The notes under the pieces were generated by a model. The model ran no database searches. It was not told the DNA's origin and saw nothing but the letters and a program-made list of their open reading frames with translations. The position numbers and the translations under genes were made by a program. Shown piece by piece: positions 54,539 through 62,514 of a stretch of DNA of 64,000 nucleotides. Source of the stretch: an uncultured Prolixibacteraceae bacterium (GTDB taxonomy: Bacteria; Bacteroidota; Bacteroidia; Bacteroidales; FEN-979). Every line of letters begins with the position of its first letter. Position 1 is the stretch's first letter. Where the stretch lies: positions 2,668 through 66,667 of the forward strand of contig CAYYPH010000019.1 in NCBI GenBank assembly GCA_964473485.1. Direction: 5' to 3'.

Positions 54539-54889
54539 ATGCTCGAAGAATTGAAAAAATCAATCGACAAAGGTCTTGACTATGCATTCATGACCGGCGA
54601 AAAACTGGCCCAGGCCGCCAAAGACATGGCCAAGGAAAACAAGCTTACCAAGGAAGAAGCGAAAAAACTGCTGGACCACCTGAAGGCCAAATCGGATGAA
54701 ACCCGCAAAAACATTGAAAACGAACTCCAGGAAGCCATCAGGAACACCCTGAAAAAGATGAATGTCGCCACCCTCGAGGACCTGAAAAAAATGGAAGCCC
54801 GCATTAAAAAACTGGAAAGCGCCAAAAAACCACCCGCAAAGCCAAAAGCGAAACCGGCGGGAGCACCTGTGGCCAAGGTGAAGAAGTAG
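54539..54889 (+). CDS. Coiled-coil, Lys-rich small protein (phasin-like)
   Basis: 116 aa, predicted helical/charged (KEEAKKLLDHLKAKSDETRKNIENELQE), with tail AKKPPAKPKAKPAGAPVAKVKK. Its stop codon is the first base triplet of a tandem-repeat array. Confidence 0.5.
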   Translation: MLEELKKSIDKGLDYAFMTGEKLAQAAKDMAKENKLTKEEAKKLLDHLKAKSDETRKNIENELQEAIRNTLKKMNVATLEDLKKMEARIKKLESAKKPPAKPKAKPAGAPVAKVKK

Positions 54890-55090
54890 GAGAAGGGAGA
54901 AGGGAGAAGGGAGAAGGGAGAAGGGAGAATTGAAAATTGAAAACGGAAAACGAATTGACAATTGACAATTGACAATGGACAATTGAAAATGAATTGAAAA
55001 TTGAAAATTCACTCATTCACTCATTCACTCACTCTTTTATTTCACGCGTCACGCGTCACGATTTTTTCCCCGTCACGCGTCACGATTTTC
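54887..55090. repeat. Mosaic array, left arm of the inverted pair flanking the ubiB-like gene
   Basis: (GGAGAAG)x5, GAAAATTGAAAACGG, (ATTGACA)x4, GAAAATT, (TTCACTCA)x3, CTCTTTTATTTCAC, (GCGTCAC)n. Confidence 0.95.
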
Positions 55091-55128
55091 TCTTCGCCGT
55101 ATAGTTTTTTAACGTTTATCTGCCTGCC

Positions 55129-56778
55129 ATGAAAAAGTCCAGGATCGGTCTCGCGGTTCATGAAATCGGCCGTGCCCGCGAGATTGTCGGAATTGTTGTG
55201 AAATACGGCCTCAGCGAATGGGTGACCAGTTCCGGGTTCGGGAAGCTTTTTGTGTCGAAGAAGCGTTTGATGCGTCTTGAACAATACAACCAGTGGGAAC
55301 GCATCAGGATGGCCATCGAAGAGTTGGGGCCTACTTTCATCAAATTCGGCCAGATACTGGCCGACCGGCCCGATATTATCCCCGAGGGGTTACGTGAGGA
55401 GCTGAAAAAGTTGCAGGATGAGGCCCAGCCCATGGCCGATGAACTCGCCATTGCCGAAATCGAAAAGGAACTTGGCCGGCCGGTTAGTGAAGTATTCAGG
55501 GAATTCGACAAAAACCGCATCGCGTCGGCCTCAATCGCACAGACGTATAAGGCGGTGCTCCTCAACGGCGAAGCGGTTTGCGTCAAGATCCAGCGCCCGG
55601 GTATCGAGAAAAAGATCGAACTGGACCTGAACCTGATGAGCTTCTTTGCGAACAGGATGCAGCACAACAATCCCGAAATAGAAGCCATCAACCTGAAAGG
55701 CGTGGTCAGGGAATTCGGCAAAACCATCCGAAAAGAGATCGATTTCCACAATGAGGCGGCCAATGTGATCAGGTTTTTACACAACTTCGCGAACGATCCC
55801 GATATCCGCGTTCCAAAGGTGTATACCAATTACACCACCCGCAGAATCCTCATCGAAGAGTGGATCCAGGGCATCAAGGTTCGGGATCTTGAAAGCCTGC
55901 TACGGTCAGGGAACGATCCGAAAATACTTGCGAAAAAGGGAATGAGGCTGGTCTTCGAACAGATTTTCAACCACGGGTTCTTCCATGCCGATCCGCACCC
56001 GGGGAATATCTTCGTGCTGGAAAATAACGTGGTCTCATTTATCGACTTCGGTATGATGGGAACCCTTCGACCCGATCACCTGCGCTTTATCGGGAAATAT
56101 GTACTGGGATACCTCGACCGCGACGCCTACGCCATGAGTGAAGCGCTCGTCATGATGTCGGGCAAGCGCAATTTCCATGGCTTTAAAGACCTCGAATTCA
56201 GGATCGGCGACATGCTCGCCCAATATAAATTTCTCAGCATTGAGGAGATGGATTTCTCAAGGATCCTGAACGAATCGATCGACATTCTGGTGCATTACGG
56301 TTTACGAATCCCTTCGGATATTTACCTGTTGCTGAAGGCGCTGATGGCGATCGAACGGGTGGCCGTCATGCTCGATCCGCACATCGATTTTGCGCTTGAA
56401 ATGAGACCCTACGCCATCGACCTGATCGCCAAACAATTCAGTCCGAAGTTTATCGCCCGCGAAATTTTCGAATCCCTGAAAGAATACTATAAACTGATCC
56501 GCGAACTCCCCTCCGATCTTAATGAGATCATTTACGACATCAAGGATGGAAGGTTCAAGACCCAGATCGAAGTAAAGGGACTTGAACCCCTGATCAACCA
56601 TATCGACAGCGCCAGCAACCGCATGGCCGTCGCCGTTGTACTGGCCGCCCTGATCATCGGCGGCTCCATCATCTCACAATGGGATCAGACCAGGCTCGTC
56701 GGAGCGATTGTTTTCGGCCTGGCAGGAATCCTCGGTTTTTATCTGCTCATCACCCTTTTCAGAAGAAACAAGTTCTGA
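55129..56778 (+). CDS. ABC1/UbiB-family atypical kinase
   Basis: FIKFGQILADRPD, ASIAQTYKA, HADPHPGNIF, IDFGMMG, and two C-terminal TM helices. Confidence 0.85.
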   Translation: MKKSRIGLAVHEIGRAREIVGIVVKYGLSEWVTSSGFGKLFVSKKRLMRLEQYNQWERIRMAIEELGPTFIKFGQILADRPDIIPEGLREELKKLQDEAQPMADELAIAEIEKELGRPVSEVFREFDKNRIASASIAQTYKAVLLNGEAVCVKIQRPGIEKKIELDLNLMSFFANRMQHNNPEIEAINLKGVVREFGKTIRKEIDFHNEAANVIRFLHNFANDPDIRVPKVYTNYTTRRILIEEWIQGIKVRDLESLLRSGNDPKILAKKGMRLVFEQIFNHGFFHADPHPGNIFVLENNVVSFIDFGMMGTLRPDHLRFIGKYVLGYLDRDAYAMSEALVMMSGKRNFHGFKDLEFRIGDMLAQYKFLSIEEMDFSRILNESIDILVHYGLRIPSDIYLLLKALMAIERVAVMLDPHIDFALEMRPYAIDLIAKQFSPKFIAREIFESLKEYYKLIRELPSDLNEIIYDIKDGRFKTQIEVKGLEPLINHIDSASNRMAVAVVLAALIIGGSIISQWDQTRLVGAIVFGLAGILGFYLLITLFRRNKF

Positions 56779-56783
56779 AAAAC

Positions 56784-56916
56784 CGTGACAAAATCGTGAC
56801 GGGTGAAGCGTGACGCGTGACGGGTGAAATAAAAGAGTGAGTGAATGAGTGAATGAGTGAATTTTCCGTTTTCAATTTTCAATTGTCAATTGTCAATTGT
56901 CAATTGTCAATTGTTA
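56784..56916. repeat. Mosaic array, right arm (reverse complement of the left arm)
   Basis: (GTGACNN)n, GTGAAATAAAAGAG, (TGAGTGAA)x3, TTTTCCGTTTTCAATTTTC, (AATTGTC)x5. 56824..56865 is the exact reverse complement of 55004..55045. Confidence 0.95.
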
Positions 56917-56933
56917 ATTTTTCTTTCCCGGCG

Positions 56934-57974
56934 CTAAAGTGCTCCTGTAAACTGGCGGAGAAACCTTACGTCGTTCTCAAAGAACAGCCTCAGGTCGCGG
57001 ATCTGGTATTTCAGCATCGTGATGCGTTCGATGCCCATACCGAAGGCATAACCGGTGTACTTCCGGCTGTCGATCCCGCAATTCTCAAGCACATTGGGAT
57101 CAACCATACCGCATCCCAGGATCTCGACCCAGCCGGTGTTCTTGCAGATGTTGCACCCCTTGCCACCGCATATATTACAGCTCACATCCATCTCGCCCGA
57201 TGGCTCGGTGAAGGGGAAATAACTGGGCCGCAGCCGGATCTGCGTCTGCTCCCCGAACATCTCACGGGCAAAATGCAATAGGGTCTGCTTCAGGTCGGCA
57301 AACGACACTTCCCGGTCGATATAGAGCCCTTCCACCTGGTGAAAGATGCAGTGGGCCCGGGCCGAAATGGCCTCGTTGCGGAAAACGCGACCGGGAAAGA
57401 TCTTCCGGATCGGGGGTTGGCTCCTCTCCATGGTGCGTATCTGCACAGAAGATGTGTGTGTACGTAAAAGTATTTCAGGATCCGTGGAGATGAAAAAGGT
57501 GTCCTGCATGTCGCGCGCCGGGTGGTCGTGGGCAAAGTTGAGGGCCGTGAAATTATGCCAGTCGTCTTCGATCTCGGGACCCTCCTCCACAGTAAACCCG
57601 ATCCGCCCGAATATGTCGATGATCTCGTTGCGGACGATCGAAAGGGGATGACGGGATCCTGGCTGCATGTGATCGCTCGGCCTCGTCAGGTCGGCCATCC
57701 CTGAACCCTCTTCCGCTTTCCTTTCAAACTGTTGCTTCAGGCTGCCGATCTTCTCCTGTGCCTGGTTCTTAAGGTCATTCAGCAACAGGCCGATCTCGCG
57801 CTTCTGATCATTCGGCACCGACTTGAAATCATCGAACAGCGCCGGAATCACCCCCTTCTTGCTAAGATAACGTATCCGGAGTTGCTCCACCTCCTCTGCG
57901 TGCTGCGCAGTGAGGCGGCCGATCTCCTCCAGCAGGTCAAGAATCCTCGATTTCATTGATTTGAAATTGGCCAA
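56934..57974 (-). CDS. pheS: Phenylalanine--tRNA ligase alpha subunit
   Basis: HPARDMQDTFF, FRNE, FHQVEG, FPFTEPSGEMDV, GMGIERITML. The track start is TTG at 57974; the ATG at 57956 is an alternative. Confidence 0.95.
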   Translation of the reverse strand: MANFKSMKSRILDLLEEIGRLTAQHAEEVEQLRIRYLSKKGVIPALFDDFKSVPNDQKREIGLLLNDLKNQAQEKIGSLKQQFERKAEEGSGMADLTRPSDHMQPGSRHPLSIVRNEIIDIFGRIGFTVEEGPEIEDDWHNFTALNFAHDHPARDMQDTFFISTDPEILLRTHTSSVQIRTMERSQPPIRKIFPGRVFRNEAISARAHCIFHQVEGLYIDREVSFADLKQTLLHFAREMFGEQTQIRLRPSYFPFTEPSGEMDVSCNICGGKGCNICKNTGWVEILGCGMVDPNVLENCGIDSRKYTGYAFGMGIERITMLKYQIRDLRLFFENDVRFLRQFTGAL

Positions 57975-58078
57975 GCCACCTGCGCGCTATCGTGGGGAAC
58001 ACGCTACGCGATCAGGCGGACCGGCAGATAATAAATACGGTTGATTTTCACGGTTGAATGGCAACCTCCACTCAGGCT

Positions 58079-58729
58079 TTATTCAACGATCCTGATCGTC
58101 ATTTTGATATCCTTTGCCGGACGGTCGCCGGGACCCTTTTCACAGGCAGCGATCTTGTCGATCACATCGAGACCCTCGGTGATCTCGCCGTAAACGGTGT
58201 ATTGGTTATCCAGAAAAGGGGTTCCGCCGACCGTCTCATAGATCTTCTTCTGCTCCGGGGTGTAATTGCCGGTAAGCTGGGCGGCACTCATCTTTTTACC
58301 CTGGACAATGTAAAACTGCGATCCCGAGGAAGCCTTGGCCGGGTTTACCTGGTCGCCCTGGCGGGCTGCTGCAAGCGCACCTTTCTTGTGAATGAACTTC
58401 GTATTGAATTCGGCAGGAACCGTATATCCCGGACCTCCCACTCCCAATTGCTGACCGGGTTTCGCATTTTTCGAATCGGGGTCGCCGCCCTGGATCATGA
58501 AACCGCTGATAACGCGGTGAAACAGGAGGCCATCGTAAAAGCCTGATTTGGCAAGCTTCACAAAATTATCACGGTGCTTCGGGGTCTCGTTGTAAAGGAT
58601 CCCCGTCATGTCGCCATAATCGGTATGAATGACAAATTTTACCACTTTTTGTTCTGATTTGGTCTGTGACATCAAGGTAAGATTAAAAATGAAAACTGTT
58701 GCAAGTAAGGTTAATGCGATTCTTTTCAT
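58079..58729 (-). CDS. Cyclophilin-type peptidyl-prolyl cis-trans isomerase, secreted
   Basis: Signal peptide MKRIALTLLATVFIFNLTLMSQ. FHRVISGFMIQGGDP...GSQFYIV. Confidence 0.9.
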   Translation of the reverse strand: MKRIALTLLATVFIFNLTLMSQTKSEQKVVKFVIHTDYGDMTGILYNETPKHRDNFVKLAKSGFYDGLLFHRVISGFMIQGGDPDSKNAKPGQQLGVGGPGYTVPAEFNTKFIHKKGALAAARQGDQVNPAKASSGSQFYIVQGKKMSAAQLTGNYTPEQKKIYETVGGTPFLDNQYTVYGEITEGLDVIDKIAACEKGPGDRPAKDIKMTIRIVE

Positions 58730-59022
58730 GGTTAATGGTTTTGGTCGTGCAAAAGTACGGAATTTCTTTCACCCGGCAGGCTCGTTCACCGGGAATTCTC
58801 CAATTTTCGTCTGGCCTGAACGCCTTCCGGTCGACTTCCACTCAACAAATCCCTTCTCCTGCCATAATTTTGCCGCCCGAACGTCAAAATAGCACCTTAG
58901 CCCCATGTTTTGGCAGGTTTTGAAATGATCTGATTTAATTTATGCTATGGGTGAGTACCCGTACTGACAAGCTTCCTGATAACTGAAAGTTCATTTATTG
59001 AGGAATTAAAAAGTGAAAAAAG

Positions 59023-59589
59023 ATGAAAAACGCAATGTATGGAAATGACATGGACCGGATGCCCGACTGGGCATTCAAAACCATGGCCTTCTTGTTCCGG
59101 GTCACCGACCTGTTCAAATCACCGGCCGGGAAACTCAATCCCTTTAACATTCAAAAGGGCCAGACCGTGGTCGATTACGGTTCGGGAACCGGCAGGTACC
59201 TGGAACAGGCAGCGATGCTGGTCGGTCCGGGCGGAGTCGTGTACGCAGTTGACATTCAACCACTCGCAGTTGAAGCGGCAAAAAAAGTGGCCGTAAACTG
59301 CTCACTTCCCAACATCAGGCCGGTCCTCACCGACGGAAAATCTGTGAACATCCCGGATGGTTCTGCCGACATAATCTATGCCCTCGACATGTTCCACATG
59401 GTCAGTGACCACAAGGGATTCCTGGGCGAACTTAACAGGATCGCCAGACCTGGCGGCCTGTTGTTTCTTGAAGATGGTCACCAGCCGCGCGAAAGATCAA
59501 GAGAAAAAGTCGTAAATTCGGGCCAATGGGAAATCGTGGAAGAGACCAAGGGGTTTATGAAGTGCAGGAAAATCAAAATGAAAAGTTAA
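59023..59589 (+). CDS. Class I SAM-dependent methyltransferase
   Basis: Motif I VVDYGSGTGRY and DIIYALDMFH. The C-terminal codons (KIKMKS) already belong to an A-rich tandem array. Confidence 0.8.
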   Translation: MKNAMYGNDMDRMPDWAFKTMAFLFRVTDLFKSPAGKLNPFNIQKGQTVVDYGSGTGRYLEQAAMLVGPGGVVYAVDIQPLAVEAAKKVAVNCSLPNIRPVLTDGKSVNIPDGSADIIYALDMFHMVSDHKGFLGELNRIARPGGLLFLEDGHQPRERSREKVVNSGQWEIVEETKGFMKCRKIKMKS

Positions 59590-59640
59590 AAAGCAAAGTG
59601 AAAAGTCGAAAATCAAAATCAAAAATCAAAATACAAAACC
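59568..59640. repeat. A-rich degenerate tandem array (AAAATCA / GAAAAGT units)
   Basis: Read directly. It spans the last codons and the stop of the methyltransferase gene. Confidence 0.75.
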
Positions 59641-59641
59641 T

Positions 59642-60280
59642 ATGAAAATTTTGATTCTGGGGGCCACAGGGCGCACAGGCGGCAGGATCGCCACAATGGC
59701 TAACAACTCCGGCCATAAAGTAACAGCCATCGTCAGAAACCTTCAGAAAGCCACGCTGCCGTTTGTGGAGTATATGGAAGGTGCACCTGCCGACGGTGCC
59801 CTGCTCACCCGAACATTGACCGGCATCGACGCCGTGGTGGTTGCGCTGAATATCAACCGGGTATCCGATAATCCATGGGCAAAAGTAGCCTCCCCGCTCA
59901 CCCTGATCTCTGACACCGTCAGCGCGCTCATCCCGGCCATGGAACAGAACGGTGTGAAGCGGATCGTGACCATCAGCGCATCGGGGGTGGGAGATTCGTG
60001 GAGCGATATGCCGTTGGCCGGCAAACTCTTCATCCGGTATTCGAATATCTGGAAAGCCTACCTTGATCACGACCGCCAGGAGAAACTGCTTCGCTCGTCC
60101 GGCCTCGACTGGACCATCGCCCGTCCCGTCATGCTGAATGACAAACCTTCGGAAAACTACCGGACCGCAACAGGAAAAGCGCTTTCACCCTCCATCCCGC
60201 GCAATGCCGTGGCAAAATTCGTGGTCGACACACTGGAGCAGCGAACGCACATCAGGGAGATAGTGGCATTGTTTGAATGA
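59642..60280 (+). CDS. NAD(P)H-binding (atypical SDR / NmrA-like) protein
   Basis: N-terminal Rossmann motif MKILILGATGRTGGRI. The stop TGA is part of the first unit of a repeat array. Confidence 0.8.
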   Translation: MKILILGATGRTGGRIATMANNSGHKVTAIVRNLQKATLPFVEYMEGAPADGALLTRTLTGIDAVVVALNINRVSDNPWAKVASPLTLISDTVSALIPAMEQNGVKRIVTISASGVGDSWSDMPLAGKLFIRYSNIWKAYLDHDRQEKLLRSSGLDWTIARPVMLNDKPSENYRTATGKALSPSIPRNAVAKFVVDTLEQRTHIREIVALFE

Positions 60281-60416
60281 GTGATTGAGTGAATGAGTGA
60301 ATGAAAAATTGATTGAATGATTGATTGATTGATTGATCTATTTTTCCCTAATCGCTAATCCCTAATCCCCAATCCCTAATTTTGAATTTTGACATTTGCA
60401 TTTTGAATTTTGAATT
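60275..60416. repeat. Mosaic array: (GAGTGAAT)n, (GATTGAAT/GATT)n, (CCTAATC)n, (TTTGAAT/TTTGACA)n
   Basis: Read directly. It lies between the convergent SDR and tdk genes, and its module order parallels 35624..35747. Confidence 0.95.
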
Positions 60417-60420
60417 ATCT

Positions 60421-61005
60421 TCATCCCTCCTCTTCCCTCCTTTTTTCAGTGTAGCATCTGCGGCAAAGCGGTTCATAGGTGTCGGTGGCGCCGAGCATCA
60501 CCAGGTGGTCGTCGTGGATCTTGCGGTGGGTGTATTGGGCCAGGTCGCCGCAGTTCATGCAGATGGCGTGCACCTTGGTCACATCCTCGGCGATGGCGAT
60601 CAGCTCGGGCATGGGGCCGAAGGGTTTTCCGAGGTAGTCCATGTCAAGGCCCGCCACGATGACGCGGATTCCATTGGCGGCAAGGGTATTGCAAACTGCG
60701 GGCAATTCGCTGTCGAAAAACTGCGCCTCATCGATCCCCACCACGTTGACATCATTGGTAAGCAGCAGGATTTGGGAAGCCGACTGGACAGGCGTCGACA
60801 GGATCGCATTTTCATCATGCGACACCACGTTCAGCTCATCGTACCGCTTATCCACCTCCGGCTTGAAAATCTCCACCTTCTGGCGGGCTATCCTGGCACG
60901 TTTCAGCCGCCGTATCAGCTCCTCGGTCTTGCCCGAGAACATCGAACCGCAGATCACCTCGATCCATCCCAGGCGGTCTACCTGATTATTTTTCTCAATC
61001 TGCAT
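60421..61005 (-). CDS. tdk: Thymidine kinase
   Basis: P-loop [24 protein letters not shown], and zinc ribbon CMNCG...CRRCY. Confidence 0.95.
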   Translation of the reverse strand: MQIEKNNQVDRLGWIEVICGSMFSGKTEELIRRLKRARIARQKVEIFKPEVDKRYDELNVVSHDENAILSTPVQSASQILLLTNDVNVVGIDEAQFFDSELPAVCNTLAANGIRVIVAGLDMDYLGKPFGPMPELIAIAEDVTKVHAICMNCGDLAQYTHRKIHDDHLVMLGATDTYEPLCRRCYTEKRREEEG

Positions 61006-61094
61006 CCGGCAGGGGTAAAAATTGTAATTTTATGGCTGTTTTGAGACAAAGATACAACTTTTAGCGGTTCTGTAGATCGAACGGGCAGGAATGG

Positions 61095-61160
61095 GGTGAA
61101 CAGGTGAGCAGGTGAACAGGTGAACAGGTAAGCAGGTGAACAGGTGAGCGGGTGAGCAGG
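61095..61160. repeat. Octamer array (CAGGTGAA/CAGGTGAG) x ~8
   Basis: Read directly. It lies in the divergent region between tdk and 61168. Confidence 0.9.
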
Positions 61161-61167
61161 GAAACGG

Positions 61168-62364
61168 ATGGACAGAATTTTGGTTAAAACTTCGAATCAG
61201 GCCACTGGCCGTGATATCCATATCAAAATGAACAAACTGATCATCAAGGAAGAGCTGAAATGGCTCATCGAGGCCATCAATGAACAGTTCGCGACCGTCC
61301 GCGAGTACGAGGACCGGATCCCGCAGATCGAATTTGACATCCTGATGGAAAATGTCAGGAAGTTCTATGACGATCTTCGTAAACTGCAGCGGATCAACGA
61401 TATGCACCTGTTGCCGGAACCCGGGGAAAGCCACGGTTCGCACAAGGTCTTTGCCGGTCCCGGGGGTTCCGTTGTAAAGGCTGAACCGCCTTCGCCGAAG
61501 CCCTTCGCGGGATCCGGGAACGTTCAGCCTTCCCGGTCATCCGTTCAGGGACCCCAGGCAGGCCAGGCCGGTTTTTCGCCCGAAAAAACCAACCCCGGTT
61601 CAGCCCACAACACCGTATCAACCTCCCGGCCCACAACCATTGCCGGCACGGAACGCCCGCATGGCCATGCCGGTGAAACCATGGCTGCACCGGGTGTCAG
61701 TGCATCCGCATTGCCCCCTGATTCACATTACTACCCGCAGCAAACGGATGACGCCAATTCGCCACCTGGCACGAAGGGGCACATTCATGCACTGAAGTAC
61801 GACAGGGAAGAGTGGAATGAGTCGCGGAAATTGCAAAAGGAAGGACCAGGCAGCGACATTCCGCCGCAGCCGGCATCCGGGAACCTGGTGCCGGAACCTG
61901 AAGCCGGAACCTTTTTAGCACCTGATAACCTGGAGACCGGAACGCCATCCGAACCATATCCATCTTTCAAAGTGACATTCGAGCCTCCGTCCCGTCAACC
62001 GAAAGAACAGCTGACTGCGCCGAAGAAACCGAAAAAACAGCCCGAAATTGACCTGTTTGCCGCTGCAGAGCCCGAATTCAGCATCAAACTGAAGGAGGCG
62101 CGCGAAAAGACGCTGCCGAAAGGCGGTTCCGCCCGGATCGACAACCTCAAAAGTGCCATCACCATCAACGACAAGTTCATGTTCATCAACGAACTGTTCG
62201 ACGGCAACCTGCGCGAGTACAACGAGACCATCGAGACGCTGAACGGCTTCAAGACCCTCGACCAGGCGGGCGATTACCTCGACCTGATGCGCCGTAAAAA
62301 CTTCTGGGACACCGGCTCGAACGCGTTTAAAAAACTCCAGGAGCTGGTGGAGAAAAAGTTCTGA
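61168..62364 (+). CDS. Hypothetical protein with helical ends and a long Pro/Ser/Gly-rich low-complexity linker
   Basis: 398-aa ORF. N-terminal LIIKEELKWLIEAINEQF, a central ~230 aa that are P/S/G/A rich, and a conserved-looking C-terminus ITINDKFMFINELFDGNLREYNETIETLN. The start is uncertain (the Met at MNKLII is also possible). Confidence 0.5.
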   Translation: MDRILVKTSNQATGRDIHIKMNKLIIKEELKWLIEAINEQFATVREYEDRIPQIEFDILMENVRKFYDDLRKLQRINDMHLLPEPGESHGSHKVFAGPGGSVVKAEPPSPKPFAGSGNVQPSRSSVQGPQAGQAGFSPEKTNPGSAHNTVSTSRPTTIAGTERPHGHAGETMAAPGVSASALPPDSHYYPQQTDDANSPPGTKGHIHALKYDREEWNESRKLQKEGPGSDIPPQPASGNLVPEPEAGTFLAPDNLETGTPSEPYPSFKVTFEPPSRQPKEQLTAPKKPKKQPEIDLFAAAEPEFSIKLKEAREKTLPKGGSARIDNLKSAITINDKFMFINELFDGNLREYNETIETLNGFKTLDQAGDYLDLMRRKNFWDTGSNAFKKLQELVEKKF

Positions 62365-62374
62365 AGCGGGAATG

Positions 62375-62412
62375 GCCCCCTCCCAACCTCCCCCAATCGG
62401 GGGAGGAGTAAG
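62375..62412. repeat. G/C-rich hairpin element L (probable terminator of 61168..62364)
   Basis: CCTCCCCC-aatc-GGGGGAGG (62387..62406) followed by AGTAAG. Confidence 0.7.
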
Positions 62413-62469
62413 CGCTCTGAAATGAAATGGTTTAAGACAGGTTATATTGACATACAAGAATCTTTGAAT

Positions 62470-62514
62470 CCCATCTCCCTTCCCCCGACTTGGGGGAAGG
62501 GCCGGGGATGGGGG
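62470..62514. repeat. G/C-rich hairpin element R, inverted copy of L (probable terminator of dusB)
   Basis: CCCTTCCCCC-gactt-GGGGGAAGGG (62477..62501), nested in CCCATC...GATGGG. Its reverse complement aligns with element L. Confidence 0.7.

Noticed and set aside
54560-55016. ORFs 54560..55012, 54580..54975, 54804..55016 (-), and also 904..1164 (-), 56853..57281 (+) and 61030..61443 (-)
   Set aside because: They are translations of the tandem arrays (FSIFNF, QLSIVNC, HLFTC repeats) or antisense to well-supported genes. They are repeat-driven artefacts, not genes.
54887-55090. The tandem arrays could be CRISPR arrays
   Set aside because: The units are 7-8 nt with no unique spacers, which is far below CRISPR repeat/spacer dimensions. 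No cas genes are present.
54887-56916. The ubiB-like gene flanked by inverted arrays as a composite transposon
   Set aside because: There is no transposase or integrase in or near the segment and no visible target-site duplication. The arms belong to the general array family. It is kept as a finding only for possible inversion or RNA pairing.
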